Shown piece after piece: positions 27,407-37,132 of a stretch of DNA of 64,000 bases (within the stretch, counting starts at the first letter, position 1; every line of letters starts with the position of its first letter). Source of the stretch: Dinghuibacter sp. Lineage in GTDB: Bacteria > Bacteroidota > Bacteroidia > Chitinophagales > Chitinophagaceae. Made by a program: the position numbers and the translations under genes. Location: the NCBI RefSeq assembly GCF_035492835.1, contig NZ_DATJIY010000160.1, positions 34,106 to 98,105 on the forward strand, read 5' to 3'. The notes below the pieces were generated by a model, which was given only the letters and a program-made list of their open reading frames with translations, did not search any database and had not been told where the DNA came from.

Positions 27407-29827
27407 TTACTCCGCTCGTCGAACCAATTCGTACAACAGGTCGGTGACCTTTTGCAGGTGTCCGAAGTCGATCAGGTCGATGGTGTCCTGGGGCGTGTGG
27501 TGCTCGTCGAACCCGCCGGAACCGATCAGCAGGGAAGGGATGCGTCGCTGCATGAAGCTGTAGCCGTCGGTGTTGGCGAGGATATCCCGGACGCTGTCTT
27601 CCGCGCTGAATTGCAGGTCCCCGTTATCGAACATCGACCCGGCTGTTAAAAAGGCGTTTTTATAGGCCGTAGCGCCCAGCGCCCAGACGCCCTTCACCGA
27701 CCGGTGCCGGCTGCCCACCTGTTCCACGTTGATGTTCAGTTGTACCGCGGTGTCACCCAGTTGCGATACGAACCAGCTTGAGCCCTTGAGGTTGAGCTCT
27801 TCCCCACAGAAAAAGGCAAGGACTACCGCGGCGTCCGCGGACTGGGTCGCGAGCCTCCGGGCCACGCCCAATACCGCCGCGCAGCCGCTGGCGTCGTCGT
27901 TAGCGCCGTTGTAGATGGTGTTGCCGATGCGGCCGATGTGGTCGAGGTGCGCGCTCAGAACGATCTTACGGTCCGTTTTGCCCTGGCAATACCCAAGGAC
28001 GTTGTAGCCGGTCCGGTTTTCCGGTTTCCAGGTTATGGCTGCTGTAACGGGGCCGCCGAGGTGCCCGGCCAGCGTGGGACTCACCAGGATGACCGGCACG
28101 CCGTTCGCCGCCGGCATCCCGTCGGGTCGATAGTGCATATAGCCAAAGCGATATTGCCGTAGGACGGTGGTGGCCCAATCTGCGGCCTGGCCGGCGTTCG
28201 GCAGGAGGATGATGCCGGCCGTTTTGTCGGTGGCCGTGTCGCCGGGTTTTTGCAGGATCCAATGCGTCGGTCGCAGGCGTCCCCGCTGTATCACGACAAA
28301 GCTGGTGTCCGCATAGGTTATGCCTCCAACGGTCAGCCGGCTGCCGGTATAGTCGTCCCACACGAACGGTACAGGTTGCAGCCGCGCCGGGATACCCGCC
28401 TGCCGTAGCTCATCCATAACATACCGCGCCGCCTTGAGGTACCCCGAGGAAGCGGTGAACCGGCCTTCTGTGTCGTCCGAGGCGAGGGCGGTCATATCTT
28501 TTTCCAGGTCGCTGCGGCCCTGCTCCGCTTCCTTGCGGCGGGGGATGGTCATCACGGCTTTTCCACCTTCGTATATCACGAGCGTCGTGTCGTTGGGAAA
28601 TTCCAATTGTACATCGTACCCATCCATGAAGAAGCGATTGGCGGATTCGGGATACAAGACCGCGGTCGGGGCTCCATCCCCGGATACCTTAATGGCGTTG
28701 CCTTCCCGGGCGATGTTGATCACCTTCCCGTTGCTTTGGATATATGCGCCTACATGGGCCTGGATGGCCGAGTCCGGTACGACGACCCGCACATGGGAGA
28801 CGGCGCTTTTATTCATGATTGCCAGTAGCTGTGTGCCCGAGGCCAGGGCGGCTTTGATGACCTGGTCGGAGATGAACAGCCCGTTATCCCCGTTGGTCAT
28901 GACGACGACGCCCGTCCCGGACTTCGGGAGGAAAACCGCCATCGTCCGGACGCCGACGTCGGAACCGCCGTGCTCGAGCGCGTATTCGTCCCCCGGCAGC
29001 CCCCCTACGAGGCCCCAGCCCAATCCGCGGAAGTAGTTCTCCTTTATCTTGACCTGGGGGTGGGTCATATCCTGGAACAGCGTATCCGACAACCCAAGGC
29101 CTTTCATCGCAGCGATGCCCAGCTTGCAATAGTCCGCTACCGTGGTGATCAGGTCATCCGCGGCGTTCACCGGCGTCTGGATCGACACGTCGTAGGGCCG
29201 TCCCTGACCGTCGTGCCACCAGGCAAACCGTCCGGTGTCGAGCCGGCTGCTCCAATAGTGGGTGTCGTTCATGCCCAGCGGACGGAACAGGTAGTTCTCC
29301 ATCAAAACCTCGAGCGACTGGTGGAATTTATGTTCCAGCGCCCGCCGGAGGTATTCGAAGCCTTCGCCCGAATACCGGAACCGCGTCCCGGGCTGGAAAG
29401 TGAAACGCAGCTTCTGGCCGCCGTTGTCCGTTCGCCAGTTGGGAAAGCCGGTTTGGTGGCTGAGTACGATCCGGGTAGTCAGCCGCGGCAGGTTGGAGTC
29501 ACCGGCGATGTCCGGATCGATCCAATAATGCATCAGCGGCTCGTCGAGGTTCCAAAGCCCGGCCTGGACGAGCCGGAGGGTCAGCATGGCCGTGACCGGT
29601 TTTGTCTGGGAGGCGATGTTGAACAGGGTATTGGCTGGTGCGGGGCGGCCCTGCCGGAGATCGCCGAACGTCCGCAGCAGGCGGATCGTATCGTGGTCGA
29701 TCAGGCCGATGCCGACGCAGGGTACGTGGTTGTCGGCCATCCAGCCGGGTACGCTTTTCAGGAAGGTGGTGTCGGTTTGTGCAGTGGCATGCAGTGCCGC
29801 AAACAGGAGGAGGAAGGTGATACGCAT
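27407..29827 (-). CDS. Secreted serine hydrolase (beta-lactamase/AmpC fold) fused to an M28 metallopeptidase
   Basis: SxxK (ASQTK), HQTGFPNW, YSG and HGGS, then SAHLDH, GANDDASG, GEE and HHTPQD in one uninterrupted frame. Confidence 0.85.
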   Translation of the reverse strand: MRITFLLLFAALHATAQTDTTFLKSVPGWMADNHVPCVGIGLIDHDTIRLLRTFGDLRQGRPAPANTLFNIASQTKPVTAMLTLRLVQAGLWNLDEPLMHYWIDPDIAGDSNLPRLTTRIVLSHQTGFPNWRTDNGGQKLRFTFQPGTRFRYSGEGFEYLRRALEHKFHQSLEVLMENYLFRPLGMNDTHYWSSRLDTGRFAWWHDGQGRPYDVSIQTPVNAADDLITTVADYCKLGIAAMKGLGLSDTLFQDMTHPQVKIKENYFRGLGWGLVGGLPGDEYALEHGGSDVGVRTMAVFLPKSGTGVVVMTNGDNGLFISDQVIKAALASGTQLLAIMNKSAVSHVRVVVPDSAIQAHVGAYIQSNGKVINIAREGNAIKVSGDGAPTAVLYPESANRFFMDGYDVQLEFPNDTTLVIYEGGKAVMTIPRRKEAEQGRSDLEKDMTALASDDTEGRFTASSGYLKAARYVMDELRQAGIPARLQPVPFVWDDYTGSRLTVGGITYADTSFVVIQRGRLRPTHWILQKPGDTATDKTAGIILLPNAGQAADWATTVLRQYRFGYMHYRPDGMPAANGVPVILVSPTLAGHLGGPVTAAITWKPENRTGYNVLGYCQGKTDRKIVLSAHLDHIGRIGNTIYNGANDDASGCAAVLGVARRLATQSADAAVVLAFFCGEELNLKGSSWFVSQLGDTAVQLNINVEQVGSRHRSVKGVWALGATAYKNAFLTAGSMFDNGDLQFSAEDSVRDILANTDGYSFMQRRIPSLLIGSGGFDEHHTPQDTIDLIDFGHLQKVTDLLYELVRRAE

Positions 29828-29982
29828 GTCCCAAAACTAGCCGCCCGCCACCCGGTTGAAAAATAAGATTGATCAACGTATGTCACCCGGTGACGTACGA
29901 CGGCCCGGTATGTTCATCACCGGAATCGATACGTTTATCATCAAAATTTGGCGGAGCGGGGCCGGCAGGCGTTCTTTGGTCC

Positions 29983-31011
29983 ATGAAAAGATTCGACTGG
30001 ACCCGCCTGTTCACCCGTCCCTACAAGGTCTATACCCAGGCGGGTTTCTGGATAGTCGTGTATTTTCTGTATATCCTGCTCAAGGAATACCCATCGCGGA
30101 TGACCGGGGCGACCCTGGCCTGTCTGGTATTGCAGGAGACCCTGGAGCTGATGGTTCCCTGCTACACCCAAAACCTGCTGGTCCTGCCGTTTTTCAAACG
30201 ACGGGCCTGGTATGTTGGCGCCGCGGCCTATTTCGGACAGCTGGTTTTGCTGATAACGATCCTGCCCTATATATTGAATGCCGTCGGCTGGGTGTTTGGC
30301 GGCCTGTTCCACATAACCGACCTGGTTGACTGGCGACAGGAGCACATCGCGTTCAGCGTCGTCGCCTTTACCGTCGTCGCGACCTTTGTCCGGATCGGCT
30401 CCGACCGCCTGGTCCTGGACAGGGAGCGCAGGGAAAACGAGCTCCGGCACCTGAAGGCGCAGTTGAACCCGCATTTCCTGTTCAATACCCTGAACAACCT
30501 CTACGGGCTCTCGGTTGCCGAGTCCAAGCGGCTCCCCGGGCTGATGTTGCAGCTCTCGGACCTCCTCCGTTATTCGTTGTACGAGACCGGCCAGGCATAT
30601 GTCGCCCTGGAAAAGGAAGCGGAATACATTCGCAACTATGTCGAGCTGGAACGGATACGCCTCAGCGAGGCGACAGATATATGGCTGGAAACGGAGGGCG
30701 ATTTCACCGACGCCTTCGTGGCTCCCTTGCTGCTCATCGTCCTGGTAGAAAACGGCTTCAAACACTTTTCCGCGTCCCCCGGGCAGCGGGCTTTTGTACA
30801 CATTCGTTTGTCGCTGGCGGGGGAGTGGCTGCGCCTCCACGCAGCCAATTCGGTCGACGACGCCGCGGCCGCCCCTATCCGGGCGAGCGGCGGTCTCGGT
30901 CTCCGTAACCTCCGCCAGCGGCTCGACCTGATTTACGAGGACCAATATTCCCTGACCACCCGACGGCTCCCCGACCGGTTCGAGGCCGATCTGCAAATAA
31001 AGCTCACATGA
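29983..31011 (+). CDS. LytS-type sensor histidine kinase
   Basis: LKAQLNPHFLFNTLNNLY, LVENGFKH and GLGLRNL motifs; start at 29983. Confidence 0.92.
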   Translation: MKRFDWTRLFTRPYKVYTQAGFWIVVYFLYILLKEYPSRMTGATLACLVLQETLELMVPCYTQNLLVLPFFKRRAWYVGAAAYFGQLVLLITILPYILNAVGWVFGGLFHITDLVDWRQEHIAFSVVAFTVVATFVRIGSDRLVLDRERRENELRHLKAQLNPHFLFNTLNNLYGLSVAESKRLPGLMLQLSDLLRYSLYETGQAYVALEKEAEYIRNYVELERIRLSEATDIWLETEGDFTDAFVAPLLLIVLVENGFKHFSASPGQRAFVHIRLSLAGEWLRLHAANSVDDAAAAPIRASGGLGLRNLRQRLDLIYEDQYSLTTRRLPDRFEADLQIKLT

Positions 31012-31721
31012 ACCTGAACTGCATTATCGTAGACGACGAGCCCATCGCCCGCGACCTGCTCCGGACCTATATCGAGCAGGTCCCTTACCTGACGCTCGCC
31101 GCCACCTGCGCGGACGCCTTCGAAGCCATGCAGGCGCTTGGCCGCCAGGACGTCGACCTCGTCATCCTGGACATCAACATGCCCCGCCTCAGTGGGCTCG
31201 ACATGCTTCGGTCCCTGAAGCGGTATCCGGCCGTCATCATTACCTCCGCCTATCCCGATTTTGCCCTGGAGGGCTTCGAGCTGTCGGTGACGGATTATTT
31301 GCTAAAGCCGTTTTCGTTCCCCCGTTTTGTACAGGCCACCGAAAAGGTCGCGCAGCACCGCCAGGCGCTCGCGACGCCGCTGACGCCCGCCCCCTCGACT
31401 CCCACGTCGCCCACCGACGACTTCATCGTGGTCAAGTCCGATAAAAAGCTCGCCAAGGTATTCCTCAGGGACATCCTCTACGTCGAAGCCTACGGGAACT
31501 ACGTCTTCATCCACGGAGATTCCGACCGCCTCATGTCCAAGCAAACCCTCACCCAGCTCGAGGCGCAGCTACCCGCCGGACGCTTCGTGCGCATCCATAA
31601 GTCTTACATCGTCTCCGTGAAAGCTGTGCGCTTCCTGGAAGGGAACGAGGTTTCCCTGGGGTCGAAGAAGCTGCCCGTGGGGAAGGTCTACAAGGAGAAC
31701 CTCCTGACGGTCTTGCGCTAG
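31008..31721 (+). CDS. LytTR family response regulator
   Basis: IVDDEPIAR, LDINMP, DYLLKP and FVRIHKSYIV motifs. Confidence 0.93.
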   Translation: MNLNCIIVDDEPIARDLLRTYIEQVPYLTLAATCADAFEAMQALGRQDVDLVILDINMPRLSGLDMLRSLKRYPAVIITSAYPDFALEGFELSVTDYLLKPFSFPRFVQATEKVAQHRQALATPLTPAPSTPTSPTDDFIVVKSDKKLAKVFLRDILYVEAYGNYVFIHGDSDRLMSKQTLTQLEAQLPAGRFVRIHKSYIVSVKAVRFLEGNEVSLGSKKLPVGKVYKENLLTVLR

Positions 31722-31770
31722 GCCGCCCCAACCCGCGCCGCGCCCTGCCCCAACCCGCGCGCCGCGCCGC
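31722..31770. repeat. GC-rich short direct repeat with five C tracts
   Basis: CCCCAACCCGCGC occurs twice (from 31726 and from 31748), followed by CGCG-type low-complexity sequence. Confidence 0.6.
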
Positions 31771-31858
31771 GCGCGCCTCCGTCTCCGCACCCCCGCGGCA
31801 CGCTCCCTTGGAAATGTCCCTTTTTTATATTTACTTTGTAATTCAAAGTACTTTCTAA

Positions 31859-32275
31859 ATGCGATTGAAACCCCGCTACCTGGCGCTCGCCGCCGCACTG
31901 ACAGGTATCGAACTTTTTATCGGTGAAAAAATGCACGACGATTTTGTCCGCCCGTATGTGGGCGACTACCTGGTCGTCATCCTCCTCTATTGCTTCGTGC
32001 GAGGCGTGACAAGAATCGCCAAATGGCCCGCCGCGCTGGGTGTGCTGGTTTTTGCGTACGCCATAGAGACGGGTCAATATTTTCATATCGCCGACCGGTT
32101 GGGTTTTACGCGGCCGTCGCTGATGCGGACGATGATCGGCACGTTTTTTACCTGGAATGATATATTATGTTATACGTTGGGCATTCTATCGGTACTGGGC
32201 GCGGAGAAGATATGTTCGTGGCACCGACTTCGATCGTCCGTACGATCTGGGGTAGGGCGGACACCGTCCTGCTGA
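31859..32275 (+). CDS. DUF2809 family membrane protein
   Basis: FVRPYVGDYLVVILLY...FAYAIE..Q...IGT.F.W.DILCY motif. Confidence 0.85.
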   Translation: MRLKPRYLALAAALTGIELFIGEKMHDDFVRPYVGDYLVVILLYCFVRGVTRIAKWPAALGVLVFAYAIETGQYFHIADRLGFTRPSLMRTMIGTFFTWNDILCYTLGILSVLGAEKICSWHRLRSSVRSGVGRTPSC

Positions 32276-32955
32276 TTTTCGCAGGCGCCGCGGCGGAGTT
32301 CGCGCTGAACAAGTCGGTGGACTGGTTGTACTTCACGGGGCGGCTTCCCAAAGACCCGCTGGGACGGTTGTTTTCCACGTTGACCTACGCGCAAAGAATC
32401 GTATTTGCTTCCGAAAAGGACGCGAATAAGGCAATCGACAGCATCGCCGGCATCCATAAGGGCGTGGAGGCGGCCCGTGGCGCGTCCATCCCGGCGGAAG
32501 CGTACCTGGACGTGTTGTTTATGCTGATCGGGTATTCGATCAGCGCGTTCGAGCTGGTGGACCGGCGATTGACGATGCGGGAAAAAGGAGAAATTTTCGA
32601 CGTATTTTACCGCATGGGACGGCGGATGGGGCTGGAAGGGTTGCCGCAGGGTTATTTGGAGTACGAACTGGCCCGCGAAACGCACCTCGACAATCGGCTG
32701 GCAAAGAGCGGCTACGCCAATGACCTATACCGCCAATACCGGAAGCACCTGGGCGCCGCGCGGTATGCCCTGTTACTACAGGGGCAGGCGCTGCTCGCGC
32801 CACCGAAAGTAAGGGAACTGCTAACATTGCCCGGGAGGCCAAAGTTACATGCCGTAATCCCGGTATATAAGCTGCTCCGCCGGCTGCGCCTGGAGACCGC
32901 CATAGCCCGCGCCCTGCTGCCAAAGCCCTACCGGGACCGGTTACCCGGATATTAA
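32212..32955 (+). CDS. Oxygenase MpaB / DUF2236 family protein
   Basis: SIVRTIWG...FAGAAAEFALNK.VDWLYFTG.LP.DP..RLFST...IH..VE motif; start at 32212. Confidence 0.8.
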   Translation: MFVAPTSIVRTIWGRADTVLLIFAGAAAEFALNKSVDWLYFTGRLPKDPLGRLFSTLTYAQRIVFASEKDANKAIDSIAGIHKGVEAARGASIPAEAYLDVLFMLIGYSISAFELVDRRLTMREKGEIFDVFYRMGRRMGLEGLPQGYLEYELARETHLDNRLAKSGYANDLYRQYRKHLGAARYALLLQGQALLAPPKVRELLTLPGRPKLHAVIPVYKLLRRLRLETAIARALLPKPYRDRLPGY

Positions 32956-32985
32956 TTGTATATTTGACACGATATTGCTGCCATA

Positions 32986-35900
32986 ATGAGGAAGAGCTGC
33001 CTGTGCATCTTACTACTACTATCAACCCTGGCCCACGCCCAGAGTCCCGGCTCCCAGGGCTCCGTGCGCTACCTGGGCATCGAGAACGGCTTGTCCAACA
33101 ACGCCGTGACCCAGATCTACCAGGACGCCCGTGGTTTCATGTGGTTTGGCACCTACGACGGGCTCAACCGTTACGACGGTTACCGGTTCAAGGTATGCCG
33201 AAACCGGATCGGGGACAGCAGCTCGCTCGTGGATAACAACGTCAACCGCATCGAAGGCGCACCCGACGGTCGTCTGTGGGTAGGCGGCCGAAAGGGCCTG
33301 AGCGTGTTCGACCCCATCACCGAATCCTTCGAGCTCCCCCGGTACCTGGATCAAAAAGACGGGAAGCGCAGGCCGCTGCGGGACAACGTGCTCGCCATGA
33401 GGGCCATCGGCGCCAGCCGTATCCTGGTGGGCACCGAGCACCTGGGTTTGTTTGTTTTCGACACCCGAACGCAAACGGGGACGCCGGTCGCATTAAAGGG
33501 CCAGAAAGGCTATGAAGCGACGGCCGTCGCGGCCGATACCGCGCGAGGCCTGTATTGGGTCTCCGTGCAACAACAGGGCCTTTGCCGGTACGACCCGGGC
33601 ACCCGTCAGTTGCAACCCATGGCGTTGTCGCAAAAAAGGACATACAGCCTGAACACTGATAAAAACGGGAACGTCTGGTTAGGGACCGACAGCGGTTTGT
33701 TCCGCTACGATATAGCCAAAGGGACGATCACGGGCAACTACCTGGCCACTCCCAGCAAGGTGATGAACCTGTATACCGACCACGAAGGCGTCCTGTGGAT
33801 CGCCTGTGACGGCAGCGGGATACTGCTGCTCGGCCCCAACGAAAGCAGGGCCCGCACGCTGATCTTCAAGAACAGGAAACAGACCCTCAGCAGCAACTCC
33901 GTGTTTGCGATCTACGAGGACAAGGAAAACCGGAAATGGATCGGCACGCTCCGGGGCGGCATCAACATCATCGACCCCGCGGACAATCCCTTCGAGCTGC
34001 ATACCTTTCCGACGGACAACGCCTTTGGACAGATCAACAACTTCATCTTTTCCTTTGGAGAAGCCGATGACGCCCATCTTTGGGTGGGTACCGACGGGGC
34101 GGGGCTGCGGTATTGGAACCGGAAGACAAATGCGTCGACGGCATTCACCAACGACCCGGCGGACAAAAGCTCGATCGGGAGCAATTTTATCACCTCGATC
34201 CTCCGGGACAGTCACCAAAAGACCTGGGTGGGGACCTGGTTCGGCGGTGTCAGCCAATTCCAAATCAAGGACAAAAAGTTCAAACGCTATATCTGCTATA
34301 ACCCGCTCACCAAAAACGAGGAGAACAATATATGGCTGGTCTACGAAGACAGGAACCAAAGACTTTGGGTGAGCACCAGCAATAACGGCACGTTGTATCT
34401 CTACAACCCCAAGACAGACCGTTTCGAGGCCTGGGACCCCGCGGGTCTGAGCAATCTCCAGTGTCTGACGGAAGACAGCCGCGGCGACTTCTGGGGCGGC
34501 AGCTATACCGCCCTCGTCCGGATCGACCGCGTGAGCAAACGCCACAAGCTCTATCCCACCGGTTACCCCGTCCGTTGCCTCCGCGAGGACGCCCACGGCA
34601 ATTTCTGGGTCGGCACCGACGGGGGCGGTTTGTTGCTCTTCGACCGGGACCGCGAAAAGTTCACCCGGTATACCGACGCCGACGGCCTGTCCAGCAACGC
34701 CATCCTGCAAATGCTGGAAGACAGGGAAGGCAACCTCTGGATGAGCACCTTCAACGGCCTGGACCGCTTCGATACCCGGCGCCGGACGGCCCGGAACTTC
34801 ATGCAGGGCGACGGGCTCCAAAGCAACCAGTTCTCTTACAAGGCGGTAGGCGAGCTCCGGTCCGGGGAATTCGTGTTCGGCGGTATCCGCGGGTTCAACA
34901 TCTTTTTCCCGGACAGCGTACGCGGCAATACCGAACAGCCGCCCCTTCGGCTGACGGGCATCCGGGTCAACAACGAGCCCGTGAGCTCGAACGTCCGCCA
35001 CATCACCGAGGTAGTGGCGGGGACGATACGGGGCATCACCGTTCCGTACGAGGAAAACACGGTGTCGGTCGACTACGCGGCCCTCGACTACACCTCCGCC
35101 GACAAGATTGCCTACAGCTATAAGCTGGACGGCTGGGACAAAGCCTGGCTGAGCGCAGGCGACCAGCGCACCGCGACCTATACCCGGCTGCCCGAGGGTC
35201 AATATACCCTCCTGATCAAAAACACCAACGCCTCGGGCGAATGGGGAACGCCGGCGTCCCTGCTCCGGATCACGGTGCTGCCGCCCTGGTTCCGGACGTG
35301 GTGGGCCTATCTGTTATACGGGCTGTCGTTTATTTCCCTGGTCGGGCTATACGTCAACTATGCCCGTCGCCAGGAGCGTCTTAAATACGAGGTCCGGCTG
35401 GCGCACCTGGAGAACGAGAAGGAGAAGGAGATCGCCGAGCGCAAGTTTTCCTACTTCACCCACATATCCCACGAGTTCCGGACGCCCCTCACCCTGATCA
35501 TAAATCCCCTGAAGCAATGGATACGGGATAACGAGCCGGCGGCGGAGTCCGGCGGGCTGACGACGGCATACCGGAACGCGCGGAGGCTGTTGAGCCTGGT
35601 GGATCAGCTACTCCTTTTCCGGAAGGCGGACAGCCGGATGGACGAGCTCAACATCGTCCGGATCGACATGACCGCCATCTGCCGGGAGGTCCACGCCCTC
35701 TTCCTGCAACAGGCCAGGGCCCGGCGGATCGACTACCGGTTGGAGGCGCCGCTGGAGCGGGTGGAAATACCGGGGGACTTCGAAAAGATCGAGATCGCCC
35801 TGTTCAACCTTTTGTCCAACGCCTTTAAGTTCACCCCGGAAGGCGGCACGGTCGTGTTCCGGTTGGAAAGCACCAAAGATGGCGTGCTGGTCATCGTCGA

Positions 35901-37050
35901 AGACAGCGGCTGCGGGATAGACGAAAAAGAGAGACCATTTATCTTCGACCGGTTCCGCCAGGGCGACGTCGCCCACCGGGCATCGGGATTCGGGATAGGG
36001 CTGTTCCTGGTCAAGCACTTCGTGGAAGCGCATCAGGGCCGGATAACCTTTGACAGCGCACCGGGAACGGGGACGACCTTCCGGCTGACGCTGCCGGGCG
36101 CGGGTGTGTCGGAGGCCGGGGACAGCCCCATAGCGCACCACGAGCTGCTCGACGAGCTGGCAGCGGAGACCGATTTGACGCCCCTCCCGGAAAACAACCA
36201 ACCGCTGGAAGGCCGCCGCGCCGAAGAATTGGTCAGCGACCGGAAGTCGATCCTCGTGATCGACGACAACCCCGACATCCTGGCCTACCTCCGCGGGTTG
36301 TTCGAGACCCGCTACGTGGTGCTCGGGGCGGCCAGCGGGGAGGACGGGCTTACCCTGGCCGAACGGCAGCTCCCCGACCTCATCCTGAGCGACGTCCAGA
36401 TGGCGGGCATGGACGGGATCACCCTTTGCGCCCGCATCAAGAGCTCCGAAACCCTGGGCCACATCCCGGTCATCCTCCTGACCGCCTCCACCGGGGACGA
36501 CACCCGCCTCAGGGGGTTGGAGGGTGGTGCGGACGACTATATTACCAAGCCTTTCGACGCCCACCTGCTCCTGGCCAAGATCGATTCGGTCCTTCGGAAC
36601 CGGAACCTCCTCCAGAAATACTTTTTTGACAGCATTACCTTAAAGGAATCCTCGGTCAGGGTCCCTTCGGAATACCGACACTTCCTGGCCAAGTGTATCC
36701 AGGTGGTGGAAGACAACATCGACAACGACGACTTTACCATAAAGACCTTCTCCAAGGCCATGGGGATGAGCCACCGGGCGCTGTACCACAAGATCAAGTC
36801 CATCTCGGGCCAGTCCGCCGTCGCCTTTATCCGGCAGATCCGTTTGCGGCGCTCCGCCGTGCTCATGCTCCGCGAAGACATGAACATAAACCAGGCGGCC
36901 TTTCAAGTGGGCATAGGCGACGTCAGGTATTTCCGGGAGCAATTTGTCAAGACCTTTGGCGTGACCCCGTCCGAATATATCCGGAAATACCGCCCCCTGT
37001 TTAACCGGGATTTGACGATCATAGCCGCCCCTCCGGGGGATGAAGGGTAA
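32986..37050 (+). CDS. Hybrid two-component system sensor/regulator (HTCS)
   Basis: Reg_prop beta-propeller repeats, Y_Y_Y domain, TM, HisKA (SHEFRTPL), HATPase, receiver and AraC HTH; TATATTTG -7 element at 32959-32966. Confidence 0.97.
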   Translation: MRKSCLCILLLLSTLAHAQSPGSQGSVRYLGIENGLSNNAVTQIYQDARGFMWFGTYDGLNRYDGYRFKVCRNRIGDSSSLVDNNVNRIEGAPDGRLWVGGRKGLSVFDPITESFELPRYLDQKDGKRRPLRDNVLAMRAIGASRILVGTEHLGLFVFDTRTQTGTPVALKGQKGYEATAVAADTARGLYWVSVQQQGLCRYDPGTRQLQPMALSQKRTYSLNTDKNGNVWLGTDSGLFRYDIAKGTITGNYLATPSKVMNLYTDHEGVLWIACDGSGILLLGPNESRARTLIFKNRKQTLSSNSVFAIYEDKENRKWIGTLRGGINIIDPADNPFELHTFPTDNAFGQINNFIFSFGEADDAHLWVGTDGAGLRYWNRKTNASTAFTNDPADKSSIGSNFITSILRDSHQKTWVGTWFGGVSQFQIKDKKFKRYICYNPLTKNEENNIWLVYEDRNQRLWVSTSNNGTLYLYNPKTDRFEAWDPAGLSNLQCLTEDSRGDFWGGSYTALVRIDRVSKRHKLYPTGYPVRCLREDAHGNFWVGTDGGGLLLFDRDREKFTRYTDADGLSSNAILQMLEDREGNLWMSTFNGLDRFDTRRRTARNFMQGDGLQSNQFSYKAVGELRSGEFVFGGIRGFNIFFPDSVRGNTEQPPLRLTGIRVNNEPVSSNVRHITEVVAGTIRGITVPYEENTVSVDYAALDYTSADKIAYSYKLDGWDKAWLSAGDQRTATYTRLPEGQYTLLIKNTNASGEWGTPASLLRITVLPPWFRTWWAYLLYGLSFISLVGLYVNYARRQERLKYEVRLAHLENEKEKEIAERKFSYFTHISHEFRTPLTLIINPLKQWIRDNEPAAESGGLTTAYRNARRLLSLVDQLLLFRKADSRMDELNIVRIDMTAICREVHALFLQQARARRIDYRLEAPLERVEIPGDFEKIEIALFNLLSNAFKFTPEGGTVVFRLESTKDGVLVIVEDSGCGIDEKERPFIFDRFRQGDVAHRASGFGIGLFLVKHFVEAHQGRITFDSAPGTGTTFRLTLPGAGVSEAGDSPIAHHELLDELAAETDLTPLPENNQPLEGRRAEELVSDRKSILVIDDNPDILAYLRGLFETRYVVLGAASGEDGLTLAERQLPDLILSDVQMAGMDGITLCARIKSSETLGHIPVILLTASTGDDTRLRGLEGGADDYITKPFDAHLLLAKIDSVLRNRNLLQKYFFDSITLKESSVRVPSEYRHFLAKCIQVVEDNIDNDDFTIKTFSKAMGMSHRALYHKIKSISGQSAVAFIRQIRLRRSAVLMLREDMNINQAAFQVGIGDVRYFREQFVKTFGVTPSEYIRKYRPLFNRDLTIIAAPPGDEG

Positions 37051-37088
37051 ATTTACCCCCCTTATTTTTCGATTTTCTCCCCCCTTTG
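37051..37088 (+). promoter_or_regulatory. Candidate HTCS binding direct repeat upstream of susC
   Basis: TTnnCCCCCCTT repeated with 23-bp period (C runs at 37056-37061 and 37079-37084). Confidence 0.4.
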
Positions 37089-37132
37089 GACCCTGGGGCT
37101 GGCTGTATTTTGCACAAAACTAGCTTGCTATT

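Noticed and set aside
32212-32275. 64-bp overlap of the DUF2809 and DUF2236 genes, suggesting a frameshifted fusion
   Set aside because: Both domains are complete in their own frames; simple stop-codon drift of the upstream gene explains it
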